DNA from: a virus
Virus record (IMG/VR): IMGVR_UViG_3300027956_000006
Strand: one strand, 5' to 3'
Length of the DNA: 64,000 bases
Below, one piece after another: positions 35,041 to 45,211 of the stretch; the stretch's first letter is position 1, and every line of letters begins with the position of its first letter. The notes under the pieces were generated by a model, which saw nothing but the letters and a program-made list of their open reading frames with translations, ran no database searches and was not told where the DNA came from. The position numbers were made by a program, and so were the translations under genes.

Positions 35041-38000
35041 ATGGATTCTTATGAAAATCAATTTATTTATGTTGATGGTTATTATGAAAAATCTTCCGGT
35101 CATGCTACTCCCTGGAAAAGAATTAAAATCTCTGAAATACCTAATTTAAAGAAAAAAGCAGAAAATTTCAACGTTTTTGTTACAGCACAACAATTCTGTT
35201 CACCACAAAGAGTAGAAGAGGAGTTACTTTGGGGGCCTTTATACTTTGATTTAGATGCTTCCGAACAATATCCTATTGAAATAGCAAAAGAAGATGCGCG
35301 TAAACTGGTTGATTTTTTTGTGAAAGGCCATGGTATCAACCACGAGTATGTACGTAGTTATTATTCCATTATTGGTGACACACCTGTATTAATTAAGCAA
35401 AATAATGGTAAGGTCAGATTAATTAGCATACAACAAGTTGTTGAAGAATTTAAAAGAACAAAAAATCTAAAAGTTTATTCTTTAGATCCTACTACAAAAA
35501 AATCTAAATTTTGTAATATATATGATACATTATCACACAAAGAACATGTTATTAATGTTTATCACGAATGTTCAAATTTACCACTTATTATTACTAATGA
35601 TCATTCTGTATATGTTGTTAATGAGAATTTAGAATTAATAGTTAAAAAGGGTAACGAATTACAACGTAATGATTATTTAGTAACATTTAATTCATTAGAT
35701 TATGATTTTGGCAATAATAATGCAAAACGCCCTAATTATACTATATCTTATAAGAATAAATCAATAAAAATTAATAATGATATTGCTAAATTTATAGGAT
35801 TTTTTGTTAGTGAAGGTCATATCTCTACTGATCAACAGAAATATTGTCGATTTTGTGGTAATGTTGGATTGTCTCGTATTGGAATAGGATTTTCATTTCA
35901 TTGTAAAGAAAAAGAATATATCGAATTTATTATAAAAACAGCAAAACAATATTTTAATTTACAAGCACATTCCCATACCTCTAATAATTGTACACAGATA
36001 TTATTTCATTCGCGTGAATTAGCTATTTTAATGGAGCAACTATGTGGAAAAGGTGCAATTAATAAACATTTTCCTGATGAATTTTTAAGTTATAGAAAAA
36101 ATATTCAAATGGCGCTTTTAGAAGGATATTTAGATGGAGATGGACATTATGATAATTATAGAAATAGATATGGTACTACGATATCAAAAATATTAGCAGA
36201 ACAATTAGTTTGGTTAGGGAAATCATTGGGTTTTTCTTCGACAATCCGTGTTGGTAATTATGACATGACACACAATAGACATTCTCATCTTTCTTATCGT
36301 ATTAGTTTTAAAAAACAAAAATTTACAAAATTTGCACCAGCACCAAGAGATTTATTATTACCAGTTAAACCACTAGGCAATGTTTATAGACAATGTTGTC
36401 CAATATTTCAACAAAAAAATAAACGTGTATTTCGCACATTTTTTCTTCAAAAAAATAGATTAAATAAGCAACAAATATATAAAATTATTCGACTTTTAGA
36501 TCGTTATAAAACAAAAGAATTTGATATATTAAGTAAATCTATTATTACGTCCTATAAACAATTCTTTCAAAATAATCTTTCTGTATTACCAATTACAAAA
36601 ATAATTAAAACAAAAAAGAAAGAAATGGTATATGATTTATCGGTTGATCAAAATGAGAATTTTTTTGGTGGTTCATACCCAATTTTATTACACAATTCTG
36701 GGTCCAAAGGATTCCATGTCTTTGTGCATCCAAATGTCTTAAATGTGCATCCAGACGCAAAATTACATCATATTTTCAAGTCTATAGCACTGTATTTAGA
36801 GCAGCTTTTAGAACTTAAGACGCTAGATACAGCTTCTATTTATTCAAAACGTCGTATGATGCGGCTACCAGACTCTTTACATCAAAAATCTAAGCTTTTT
36901 AAGATAGAATTGCAACATAATGAATTAAATAAGACTATTGAAGAAATACGTGATCTTGCTAAACAGCCAAGAGGTAGCTTATGGCCTGAGGAAGAATTTG
37001 GTAATATCTTACCTGTAGATGATGCGGCCATATTTTATAAGCATTTTGTTGACCTCTATAAGCAGCAAGAAATGATTGAGAAACTTAAGCCTCAAGTTTT
37101 GATACGTAAAACAGGTGAAACTGCTACTTGTGTTAAAGATTTACTTGAAAAGCATATACGTAAAAATGGAACCCGTAATTTAGCTACTATGAATTTAGCT
37201 ACATATTTCAAGGATCAAGGGTTTAATGAAAAAGAGACAATTGATGTTTTACTTCCTTGGGCGTTACGCACACCAAAAGAATTCACTTCTACAAAAGATG
37301 CATCTAAATTGAAAGCATCTACAATTTCATGTATAAAGTCTGTTTTTGGAAGTGATTATCATTTTGTTTGCAGTGTTATGCGTTCTCTTGGAGAAATTGC
37401 ATGTGATTTTGAACATTGTGAAATTGCCAATGAAGAAGATCAAAAACCAGAGAAAGAGATTATATTACATTTATCTGAAGCCTCTAATGCATGTTATATA
37501 AGAAAGAAAATAAAATCCAAAGTGCTAGTGGCAGGTAAAGATACTTCTCCATATTTAGTACCAAGACGTATTAAAATGGTCTGTGTTCCAGATTTAAAGC
37601 AGGAAGATAGTAAATGTAAAGAATGTAAGATGGCAAAACACGGTGGTAATTTTGAATTTGAACTAAATGAACATGATGCTTTATTATTAGAGTGTATCCA
37701 ATGTTCTACAACACAACAAATTAATGTTTTAAGACGTTTAACTGAAACAACTAAATGCAATAAACCAAAGCTTTCGATCCTTGATACAGGCAATGTTGAG
37801 GAATTAGAGATTACTCCAGAAATAGATAAGCAGGTTAATATGGCTGCGGAAGGTAGTGAAGAATATGTTACGCGTAAAGCATATTATATTGGACATAACA
37901 TGCCTTTAAATCAAGAAGTTGAAATATCATGTTATACATATGCTGACCCTAAAACGCAACATGCGGTTCATTTATTTAGTGATTTTTCTTCTGCGGAAAC

Positions 38001-39444
38001 ATCTTTGAATAGTTTTAAAATGGATCCACATAAAGTAAAGGAATTGTCTATTTTCAAACCAAAAAACAATCAAACCATTGATCAGAAAATTCTAGAGATT
38101 CATAAAGATCTTGAGTTAAATGTACATCATATTTGGCAACGTGCACCATTGTTTATTGCTTTTGATCTTGTGTATCACTCAGTTTTAAACTTTTATTTTC
38201 AAGGAGATATTTTACGTAAAGGGTGGTCAGAGTTACTTGTAATTGGTGATTCTGGACAAGCAAAAACGGCTGCGGCACAAAAAATATCCCAGCATTATGG
38301 ATTTGGATATCGTATTTCTGGTGAGGGTGCGCGCAGAACAGGTTTGGCGTATACTTGGCATCAAACTGCTAATCGTTGGTCTGTTTCTTTCGGTGTGATA
38401 CCAAGAAATGATAAGCGTATTGTTTTTATAGATGAGGCCGGTGGTATTGATGATGAAGAATTATCTAAATTGACAGATATGCGTTCTGAAGGTATAGCTG
38501 ATGCAAGAGGTGGCCCGATACCAGCACGTACACATGCTCGTACACGTTTAATTTGGATGACTAATACAAAAACAGGGGCGCCGTTAAATGAATACCCTTA
38601 CCCAGTTACAGCTATACAACAAGTTTTTAGACGTACAGAAGATATAAGAAGGTTCGATTTAGCAATAGCCGTACGTTCTGGTGATGTATCTGATGCTATG
38701 ATACACCAATTAATTTCACAACGTGATAAAGTGGAGCACATATACACATCTTATTTATGCAGAAATCTGATTTTATGGGCATGGACGCGTAAAGTTGATC
38801 AAATTATTATTAAACCAGATGCGGAGCAAGCTATCCTTGAAACTGCAATGCATATGTCTCAGAAATATTCTTCTTTAATACCTCTTGTTGAGCCATCAGA
38901 TCAGCGTAATAAGATAGCACGTTTAAGTGTGGCGATAGCGGCAAGGCTTTTTTCGACTGACGAACAAGGCGAACATATTATTGTTTTATCTGAACATGTA
39001 CATTTTGTACGTGATTTTTTACAAGAACAGTATGATGGTCGTGCATTAGATTATTATAATTATAGTCAATTAAATAAAAGGGAGTTTATAGAGTCTGAAT
39101 TTGAAACGATTAAGAATGAATTTATGCACTTACCAGAGTATAAGTTATTAGCAAGTGCTTTAGTAAAAATGCCTTTTTTCAGAAAAACCATCTTGGAAGA
39201 ATTAGTAGGATATGATAAAGATGATATGCGGAGAACGATTAAGATTTTACATGTGCATAATCTTATGAAAGCTACTTCACATGGATTTAAACTAACTGCA
39301 GCAGGTATTAATTTTTTAAAACGTTTATTAACAACACAAGAACTAGTTAATGCTGGGACTGTGGTAACTATTGAAAATGTACCAATCATAAAAGATACCC
39401 AAGAATATATGAATACGGATGATATTTTTGCTGAAGGTAACTAA
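35041..39444 (+). CDS. bifunctional DNA primase (AEP/prim-pol type) - P-loop helicase, interrupted by an intein
   Basis: N-terminal LYFDLDA (acidic motif I) then intein; C-extein resumes SGSKGFHVFVH (AEP motif II); downstream LLVIGDSGQAKTAAAQ Walker A and VFIDEAGGIDDEE Walker B. Confidence 0.7.
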   Translation: MDSYENQFIYVDGYYEKSSGHATPWKRIKISEIPNLKKKAENFNVFVTAQQFCSPQRVEEELLWGPLYFDLDASEQYPIEIAKEDARKLVDFFVKGHGINHEYVRSYYSIIGDTPVLIKQNNGKVRLISIQQVVEEFKRTKNLKVYSLDPTTKKSKFCNIYDTLSHKEHVINVYHECSNLPLIITNDHSVYVVNENLELIVKKGNELQRNDYLVTFNSLDYDFGNNNAKRPNYTISYKNKSIKINNDIAKFIGFFVSEGHISTDQQKYCRFCGNVGLSRIGIGFSFHCKEKEYIEFIIKTAKQYFNLQAHSHTSNNCTQILFHSRELAILMEQLCGKGAINKHFPDEFLSYRKNIQMALLEGYLDGDGHYDNYRNRYGTTISKILAEQLVWLGKSLGFSSTIRVGNYDMTHNRHSHLSYRISFKKQKFTKFAPAPRDLLLPVKPLGNVYRQCCPIFQQKNKRVFRTFFLQKNRLNKQQIYKIIRLLDRYKTKEFDILSKSIITSYKQFFQNNLSVLPITKIIKTKKKEMVYDLSVDQNENFFGGSYPILLHNSGSKGFHVFVHPNVLNVHPDAKLHHIFKSIALYLEQLLELKTLDTASIYSKRRMMRLPDSLHQKSKLFKIELQHNELNKTIEEIRDLAKQPRGSLWPEEEFGNILPVDDAAIFYKHFVDLYKQQEMIEKLKPQVLIRKTGETATCVKDLLEKHIRKNGTRNLATMNLATYFKDQGFNEKETIDVLLPWALRTPKEFTSTKDASKLKASTISCIKSVFGSDYHFVCSVMRSLGEIACDFEHCEIANEEDQKPEKEIILHLSEASNACYIRKKIKSKVLVAGKDTSPYLVPRRIKMVCVPDLKQEDSKCKECKMAKHGGNFEFELNEHDALLLECIQCSTTQQINVLRRLTETTKCNKPKLSILDTGNVEELEITPEIDKQVNMAAEGSEEYVTRKAYYIGHNMPLNQEVEISCYTYADPKTQHAVHLFSDFSSAETSLNSFKMDPHKVKELSIFKPKNNQTIDQKILEIHKDLELNVHHIWQRAPLFIAFDLVYHSVLNFYFQGDILRKGWSELLVIGDSGQAKTAAAQKISQHYGFGYRISGEGARRTGLAYTWHQTANRWSVSFGVIPRNDKRIVFIDEAGGIDDEELSKLTDMRSEGIADARGGPIPARTHARTRLIWMTNTKTGAPLNEYPYPVTAIQQVFRRTEDIRRFDLAIAVRSGDVSDAMIHQLISQRDKVEHIYTSYLCRNLILWAWTRKVDQIIIKPDAEQAILETAMHMSQKYSSLIPLVEPSDQRNKIARLSVAIAARLFSTDEQGEHIIVLSEHVHFVRDFLQEQYDGRALDYYNYSQLNKREFIESEFETIKNEFMHLPEYKLLASALVKMPFFRKTILEELVGYDKDDMRRTIKILHVHNLMKATSHGFKLTAAGINFLKRLLTTQELVNAGTVVTIENVPIIKDTQEYMNTDDIFAEGN
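35365..36696 (+). mobile_element. intein (Ser1, LAGLIDADG type) inserted at the primase active-site motif
   Basis: Starts SIIGDTPVLI (block A), contains FIGFFVSEGHI and LLEGYLDGDGH LAGLIDADG blocks, ends ...ILLHN followed by Ser+1. Confidence 0.65.
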
Positions 39445-40079
39445 ATACTATGAGTGTAAATAAGAAACAATATATTTGTAATATAATTCATCATGATATT
39501 TTAACAGCTGTAGCAATGTTAAATTCTATGGGCAGACAAAAGCATGCTTTTAAACAGCTGATGATATTGTTAGATTATCTTATTTTAAAAAAGAAAATTA
39601 CTTTAGACATGGTTAAAACTGATCTTAGTATGTCACGAAACACATTTTATCATTATTTCAAAGTATTGAAAAAATTAAGAGTTTGTGTTAAAACATTTAA
39701 TTATACACATAATCAAAGGGTATTTACTTTTAGAAGGTCAGCCTATTTAGAGTTATTTTTATTTTTTGTTTTTAGTGATTGTCGTTGTCCTAAAGTATAC
39801 AATAAGATTGCTGGAAGAAAGATTATGTTAAAAGTGAATGAAAAATTGAATAGTTATAGTAATTTAAAAAAAGAGATAAAGACCTTTAGTAAATCATCGC
39901 AAGAGACAGTAAATGTTGCTATTAATCAACAACCTTTAGGGGACACTTTAACCACAGAACAATCTAATATTGATAAAATATAAATAAATCAAGAAATAAA
40001 TAAATATTCCCATGCATCCACTCGGAAATGTACTTAAGATATTATATAACAACATATTACAACATAATTTAGACATCAT

Positions 40080-40377
40080 CTGTGCATAAACCTGTGTATA
40101 AGTTGGTTAATATATTAATACATAACAAGTTAATCACACAGACTCTTCAATATACTAACCATAGTATATTGTACGGCCACAATATAATCTTCATGGCTAC
40201 TTTTTTTCGTGGGAAATTTATAAATTATCTCTTATGATAAAAAAAATTGTAGAAAAAAAATCCGTGGTAAAGGTAGCGTGGAATACTAATCTTGTTCAGA
40301 ACTATTTTGAAGATATATTTAGATTAACCTATTATGTATTAATGTATTAACCAACTTATACACAGGTTTATGCACAG
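40080..40377. repeat. 46-bp near-perfect inverted repeat pair (40080-40125 and 40332-40377; 1 mismatch) flanking a 206-bp non-coding core
   Basis: CTGTGCATAAACCTGTGTATAAGTTGGTTAATATATTAATACATAA vs reverse complement of TTATGTATTAATGTATTAACCAACTTATACACAGGTTTATGCACAG. Confidence 0.8.
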
Positions 40378-40382
40378 GGTTT

Positions 40383-40616
40383 TTGAGCAAATTATGCCAA
40401 ATGTTTACAATTATAAACATTTTCATGAAAAAAATATGCGAGAATTGCGGTTCGAAACTTGAATCTAGAGATCAGAATTTCTGTACAATATGCGGAATTC
40501 AGCAGGATTTGACTAAACAATTATGTATTATATGTAAAAGACAGATTGATCAAAATTGGCAGTTCTGTGCTAATTGTGGCGTAAATTTGAAGCAAATTAA
40601 TGTGGTTGAGAGATAA
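40383..40616 (+). CDS. double zinc-ribbon protein
   Basis: CENCG...CTICG...CIICK...CANCG. Confidence 0.4.
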   Translation: MSKLCQMFTIINIFMKKICENCGSKLESRDQNFCTICGIQQDLTKQLCIICKRQIDQNWQFCANCGVNLKQINVVER

Positions 40617-40631
40617 TATTTAGGGAATAAA

Positions 40632-40868
40632 ATGAGCAGGAATTATCATATTGTTCCATACGGCGATAAATGGGCAGTAAGAAAAGAAGGGAATACGAAA
40701 GTTTCAGTGGTTTATGACACTAAAAAAGCTGCAGTGAGCAATGCTCGGCATAGTGCATCTTCTACTAGTTCTGAGGTAGTCATTCACCGCAAAGATGGTA
40801 AAATAAGGGGCAAAGATTCTGATGATGCAGATTTCTACTTTTTTCGTAGATATAGAAATTATTTTTAA
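40632..40868 (+). CDS. DUF2188-like small protein
   Basis: HIVPYGDKWAVRKEGNTK...VVIHRKDGKIRGKDS pattern typical of DUF2188/YjzC family. Confidence 0.45.
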   Translation: MSRNYHIVPYGDKWAVRKEGNTKVSVVYDTKKAAVSNARHSASSTSSEVVIHRKDGKIRGKDSDDADFYFFRRYRNYF

Positions 40869-40921
40869 GTTATAGGGTTAAGATATTACGTGTTAAAAAA
40901 TAACGAAAATAGGAGGTTGAT

Positions 40922-41158
40922 ATGCGATATATGTTTTTTACATCTGAACATTGTTCACCATGTAAAGTATTAAAACCAAAGATATATAAACATCCCGAAA
41001 TAGCTGTGATTGATGTAGAAAAACAAAATGAAAAAGCTGTACAATATGGTATTATGAGTATCCCTACATTAATTGCATTAAATAATGATGATACTGTAGA
41101 ATATCAAGTATCAGGAGCACAAATCAATAAATGGTTAATAGAGAATTTTAAAGAGTAG
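40922..41158 (+). CDS. thioredoxin/glutaredoxin-like protein
   Basis: CSPC CxxC redox motif in N-terminal loop, IPTLIAL (cis-Pro region). Confidence 0.5.
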   Translation: MRYMFFTSEHCSPCKVLKPKIYKHPEIAVIDVEKQNEKAVQYGIMSIPTLIALNNDDTVEYQVSGAQINKWLIENFKE

Positions 41159-41341
41159 AAAAAATGCTTAAATTTAATTTGCATGATCAAGTTAAATTAC
41201 CTAATGCGATACACAAAGAATTAACTGGTATGATAACATCTATTTGGATAACAGAAAAAGCAATCAAGTATGAGGTGCGTTATTTTTGGGAAGGTAAACC
41301 ACAAGAAGGAGTTTATTTTTATGAATGGGAGATAAAGAAAA

Positions 41342-41638
41342 ATGAAAATTAATCAATACTGTGAAGTATGCCATAAAATAGCTGTTAGTAAGGGGTTTTG
41401 GGATGGGGAAAGAAATCAAGGTGAATTAATTGCTTTGATGCACTCAGAATTGTCGGAAGCTTTAGAGGCGTTGCGTTCAAATGATGAAACTAAAAATAAT
41501 ATTGCTGAGGAATTAGCGGATACTTGTATACGTATTTTTGATTATTGTGGTGCGTTTGGACTTGATCTTGAAAATGCTATTAATAATAAAATAGAAACCA
41601 ATAAACAACGCACTAGATTACATGGGAAAAAATTTTAA
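41342..41638 (+). CDS. MazG-like nucleoside triphosphate pyrophosphohydrolase
   Basis: HSELSEALEAL and EELADTCIRIFDY (EExxE...D metal-binding helices). Confidence 0.65.
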   Translation: MKINQYCEVCHKIAVSKGFWDGERNQGELIALMHSELSEALEALRSNDETKNNIAEELADTCIRIFDYCGAFGLDLENAINNKIETNKQRTRLHGKKF

Positions 41639-42525
41639 TGGATATTATAACAAAAGAACGTAGGAGTAAATTTATTATTGCTGCAAAAAATAATATAAAA
41701 GATATTATCTGCCCTTCGAGATTTAATATTTTATGTTGGGGACATCAATGTTTATTTAATCCTTGTTGTAGTTATTGTTATTTACATTATACTGCGCGCT
41801 TTATTGATGCACCCATTGTTTATAAATCAAATAAAATATTAGATGAGGTGCAACAATGGTTAAAAAATACTTCTTTACCTCATATACTCAATACAGGTGA
41901 GTTAGCTGATAGTTTTATGTTGCAAAATAATCAGATTCTTGCTAACCTAATGGATATGTTTGAGGCACAAACTAAACATAAATTATTATTTGTAACAAAA
42001 AATAATATCATACCAGCAGAAATAGAAAATAACATTTACACAAAAAAATATGTACAAACAATTTTTTCTTTTTCAGTGAACAGCGCTGAATTTTCTTCAA
42101 AATATGAAAAAGGAGTGCCCAATCCGTTTGAAAGATTAGCGACCGCGTATCGTATTAAAAAACAAGGTCAACGTGTACGTATCCGTATTGACCCAATTGT
42201 TGAAATAAAAGATTATAAAACAGAGTATAAAAATCTAATTGATGTTCTTAATAGTTTTTTACAACCAGAAAGGGTTACTTTGGGGTCATTATGGTTATTC
42301 CAAACCTTACCTCAAGTGGATTGTGATGAAGATGTTGCAAAATATGTGATTGATAATAATGATAGAGACAAAAAATTACGTATACCTTTTGAGAAGCGTA
42401 TTGAAATATATCAATGGTTTATTAAAAATTTACAAATTAGTGAAATTGGATTATGCAAAGAAACGATACAATGCCATCGTGCTTTAAAATTTAGGAAAGA
42501 TATGAAATGTAATTGTAATATATAG
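41638..42525 (+). CDS. radical SAM protein, spore-photoproduct-lyase-like (SplB family?)
   Basis: Cys cluster CWGHQCLFNPCCSYCYL resembling the SplB-type CxxxCxxC-YCY motif. Confidence 0.4.
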   Translation: MDIITKERRSKFIIAAKNNIKDIICPSRFNILCWGHQCLFNPCCSYCYLHYTARFIDAPIVYKSNKILDEVQQWLKNTSLPHILNTGELADSFMLQNNQILANLMDMFEAQTKHKLLFVTKNNIIPAEIENNIYTKKYVQTIFSFSVNSAEFSSKYEKGVPNPFERLATAYRIKKQGQRVRIRIDPIVEIKDYKTEYKNLIDVLNSFLQPERVTLGSLWLFQTLPQVDCDEDVAKYVIDNNDRDKKLRIPFEKRIEIYQWFIKNLQISEIGLCKETIQCHRALKFRKDMKCNCNI

Positions 42526-42976
42526 GTGAAAATATGATTTTTAAATCTTATATGAACTTAAGCAAATCTTATACAAGTTTTATGAAAAATAAGCCTGTTG
42601 TTTTAAATAAAAAAAAGATAGGAAAGATCATTAGCGCTTTTGTTGAGGATGGTGGGATTATTCTTACTATTAAGGTATCTTCTAAATATGATAAAATTAT
42701 TAATCCTTTAATTCTAGGGGGTAAAAAAAATGCCGCAAGTATTGAATGGACCGAAAGAGTTGAATAATTTACTCGAAACAGTATATAGTAGTTGTATGAA
42801 AGATAAAAAGAATGCTACTATATGTTCAAAAGTAGCATGGGCAGCAGCTAAAAATGCTGGATGGTATAAAAATAAACAAGATAAATGGACTAAAAAAAGT
42901 GATGCAGAAATAAAAAGAGATGAATTAATTAAAAAAGGTGGTATTAAAACAAAAATTAAAGATATTGAGGTGAAGC

Positions 42977-43219
42977 ATGTTGATTGAAGATAAAATAAAG
43001 GCAATACTTAAAGAACAGTTAGATGTTGATGTTACAGATATTTCCTCCACCATAGCAGAAGATTTACACGCAGATAGTTTAGATAAGATAGAATTAATCA
43101 TGAGTATTGAAGATGCATTTGATATTTCTATTAGCGATGTTGATGCGGAAAAAATTATTACAGTAAATGATTTAATTAGTTATGTTAAAACTAAAATTCA
43201 TGAAAGGGGTGAGAAATGA
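42977..43219 (+). CDS. acpP: acyl carrier protein
   Basis: LHADSLDKIELIMSIEDAF with conserved DSL phosphopantetheine-attachment serine; 80 aa acidic protein. Confidence 0.6.
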   Translation: MLIEDKIKAILKEQLDVDVTDISSTIAEDLHADSLDKIELIMSIEDAFDISISDVDAEKIITVNDLISYVKTKIHERGEK

Positions 43220-43415
43220 AAATAAAAAAAGGCTTATCAATTTCTACAATTGATTTTTGGTATGATTTAACTGATGGTGGTTATTTAGATCCCAAAGAAA
43301 TATGTACCGATAAAAAAGATGCAGAAAAAGTTTTAGAAGCTATTAAAGTTATACAAGATTTTCAAAGATCGTGTGAAGAGCAAATTGAAGATTTTTTACA
43401 ATAAAAAGGAGAAAA

Positions 43416-43760
43416 ATGAAAATACAACCTATGGGGGACCGTATTTTAATTAAAGTAATTAAGATTGAGGAACATAAAGGTATTATTATGCCACAAAACG
43501 TTATCATTTCAGGTAATGCAGCTATTGGTGAAATAGTAGGATTAGGGCAAGGATACCTTTCTGATAAAAAAGATGAAATAACACAAAAAAGTTTATGGGA
43601 CCCGTTAGAATCAAAAGTAAATGAAAGAATTATATTCAATAGCAGAGCTGGATTAGCGTTAAGTAAGAATTATCGTTTAATACACGAGAATGAGATTATC
43701 GCTAAGATTAATGATCAGGGCATTGATATAGGTGATGAATTATTATCTGGGGATGAATAA
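43416..43760 (+). CDS. groES: co-chaperonin GroES (Cpn10)-like
   Basis: MKIQPMGDRILIKVIKIEE...GIIMPQNVIISGNAAIGEIVGLGQGY matches GroES N-terminus and mobile-loop pattern. Confidence 0.6.
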   Translation: MKIQPMGDRILIKVIKIEEHKGIIMPQNVIISGNAAIGEIVGLGQGYLSDKKDEITQKSLWDPLESKVNERIIFNSRAGLALSKNYRLIHENEIIAKINDQGIDIGDELLSGDE

Positions 43761-44130
43761 AGATAATAATATACAACGGAGAAGTGACAACTATGAAAAT
43801 GTATTGTTTAAAATGTAATAAGAAATTTAATTCAGCACATAGGTGTTTTAATAGACTGTGCCCTAGATGTAAACAAGATAATAAACATATTTTTGTAGGC
43901 AATAGTGCATGTCTTCCTAATAATAGATCGAGTAAACGTTCTTCAGTATCATCATAATCTATATGGTATAAAATGAAATTAACCGAACAAGATAAACAAG
44001 ATGCATGCGAATATATCATGGATGAGGCTTGTAAAGCCTGTTATGGTCTTGATTATAAAGAGAAAGGCATACATTTTCGTTTAGACCAAACACCATTTAC
44101 AGTAAGGGAGTCGATCGATTTATTTATTGA

Positions 44131-45195
44131 ATGGTTAAAAATACGAGCACAAGAACAAAAAGGGGAGGTAAAAAAATGAGTATGAGAATTATTAAAATTA
44201 TTTTAAATAAAAAATTTGAATCATGGAAAGAAAGTATTAAAAATGATAAGGTGCGTTCTTTAGTTGAAAAAAATACGATTATTACAGGCGGGTGCATTGC
44301 GTCATTACTTCTAAAAGAAGAGATTAAAGATTTTGATTTTTATTTTAAAGATTATGAAACATGTTTGGCAGTTGCTAATTATTATACTAATGAGTTCATA
44401 TCTACACATACACATTTAAAAATTATACCAAGTGTTGACACCAATGCAAAAGACTTGGAGGGAAACCCCAGAGTACGTATTCGTATACAATCTGCTGGAG
44501 TAGTTGGCGAAAATACCAATGATAAGCAATATCAATATTTTGAGGGGAGAATGACACAGAGCGAACTGGATTCTTCATTAATGCCAGCAGGGGAAGAATA
44601 TATTGACGAAGCGATGCCCCCATCAATGCGAGAACAAGTTCAACAAACCATGTCCGATGGTGATGAGGTTGACGCTGGACAAATTGGCAGTTTACATGGG
44701 GCAAGTTCTGAAAAAGGTAAATTTAGACCAGTATTTTTAACAGATAATGCAATTACATTAAGTGATAAAATACAGCTTATTATTAGATTTTATGGGCAGG
44801 CTGAAGATATACATAAAAATTATGATTTTGTACATTGTACAAACTATTGGGATTCAGAAACAAAAAAATTAGTTTTAAAACCTGAAGCATTAGAATCTTT
44901 ACTATTAAAACGTTTATATTATATTGGCTCTAAATATCCTTTATGTTCTTTTATTAGAACAAGAAAATTTATTCAACGTGGTTGGTATATTGATGCTGGG
45001 CAAATGGTAAAAATTTGTTTTCAAATTAGTAAATTAAATTTAGAAGATTTATATGTATTAGAGGATCAACTTACGGGTGTAGACCAAGCATATTTTACAC
45101 AAATGATAACATATATGCGCGCAGAACAAGTTAAGGACTCTAATTGGGTTGTAGATTTACCATATTTAGTAAGTATTATAGATAAAATATTTTAA
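44131..45195 (+). CDS. nucleotidyltransferase-fold (Pol-beta superfamily) protein of unknown specificity
   Basis: ITGGCIASLLLKEEIKDFDFYF fits the hG[GS]-x(9-13)-DhD NTase motif. Confidence 0.4.
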   Translation: MVKNTSTRTKRGGKKMSMRIIKIILNKKFESWKESIKNDKVRSLVEKNTIITGGCIASLLLKEEIKDFDFYFKDYETCLAVANYYTNEFISTHTHLKIIPSVDTNAKDLEGNPRVRIRIQSAGVVGENTNDKQYQYFEGRMTQSELDSSLMPAGEEYIDEAMPPSMREQVQQTMSDGDEVDAGQIGSLHGASSEKGKFRPVFLTDNAITLSDKIQLIIRFYGQAEDIHKNYDFVHCTNYWDSETKKLVLKPEALESLLLKRLYYIGSKYPLCSFIRTRKFIQRGWYIDAGQMVKICFQISKLNLEDLYVLEDQLTGVDQAYFTQMITYMRAEQVKDSNWVVDLPYLVSIIDKIF

Positions 45196-45211
45196 TCATA
45201 TTGGATAAGTT

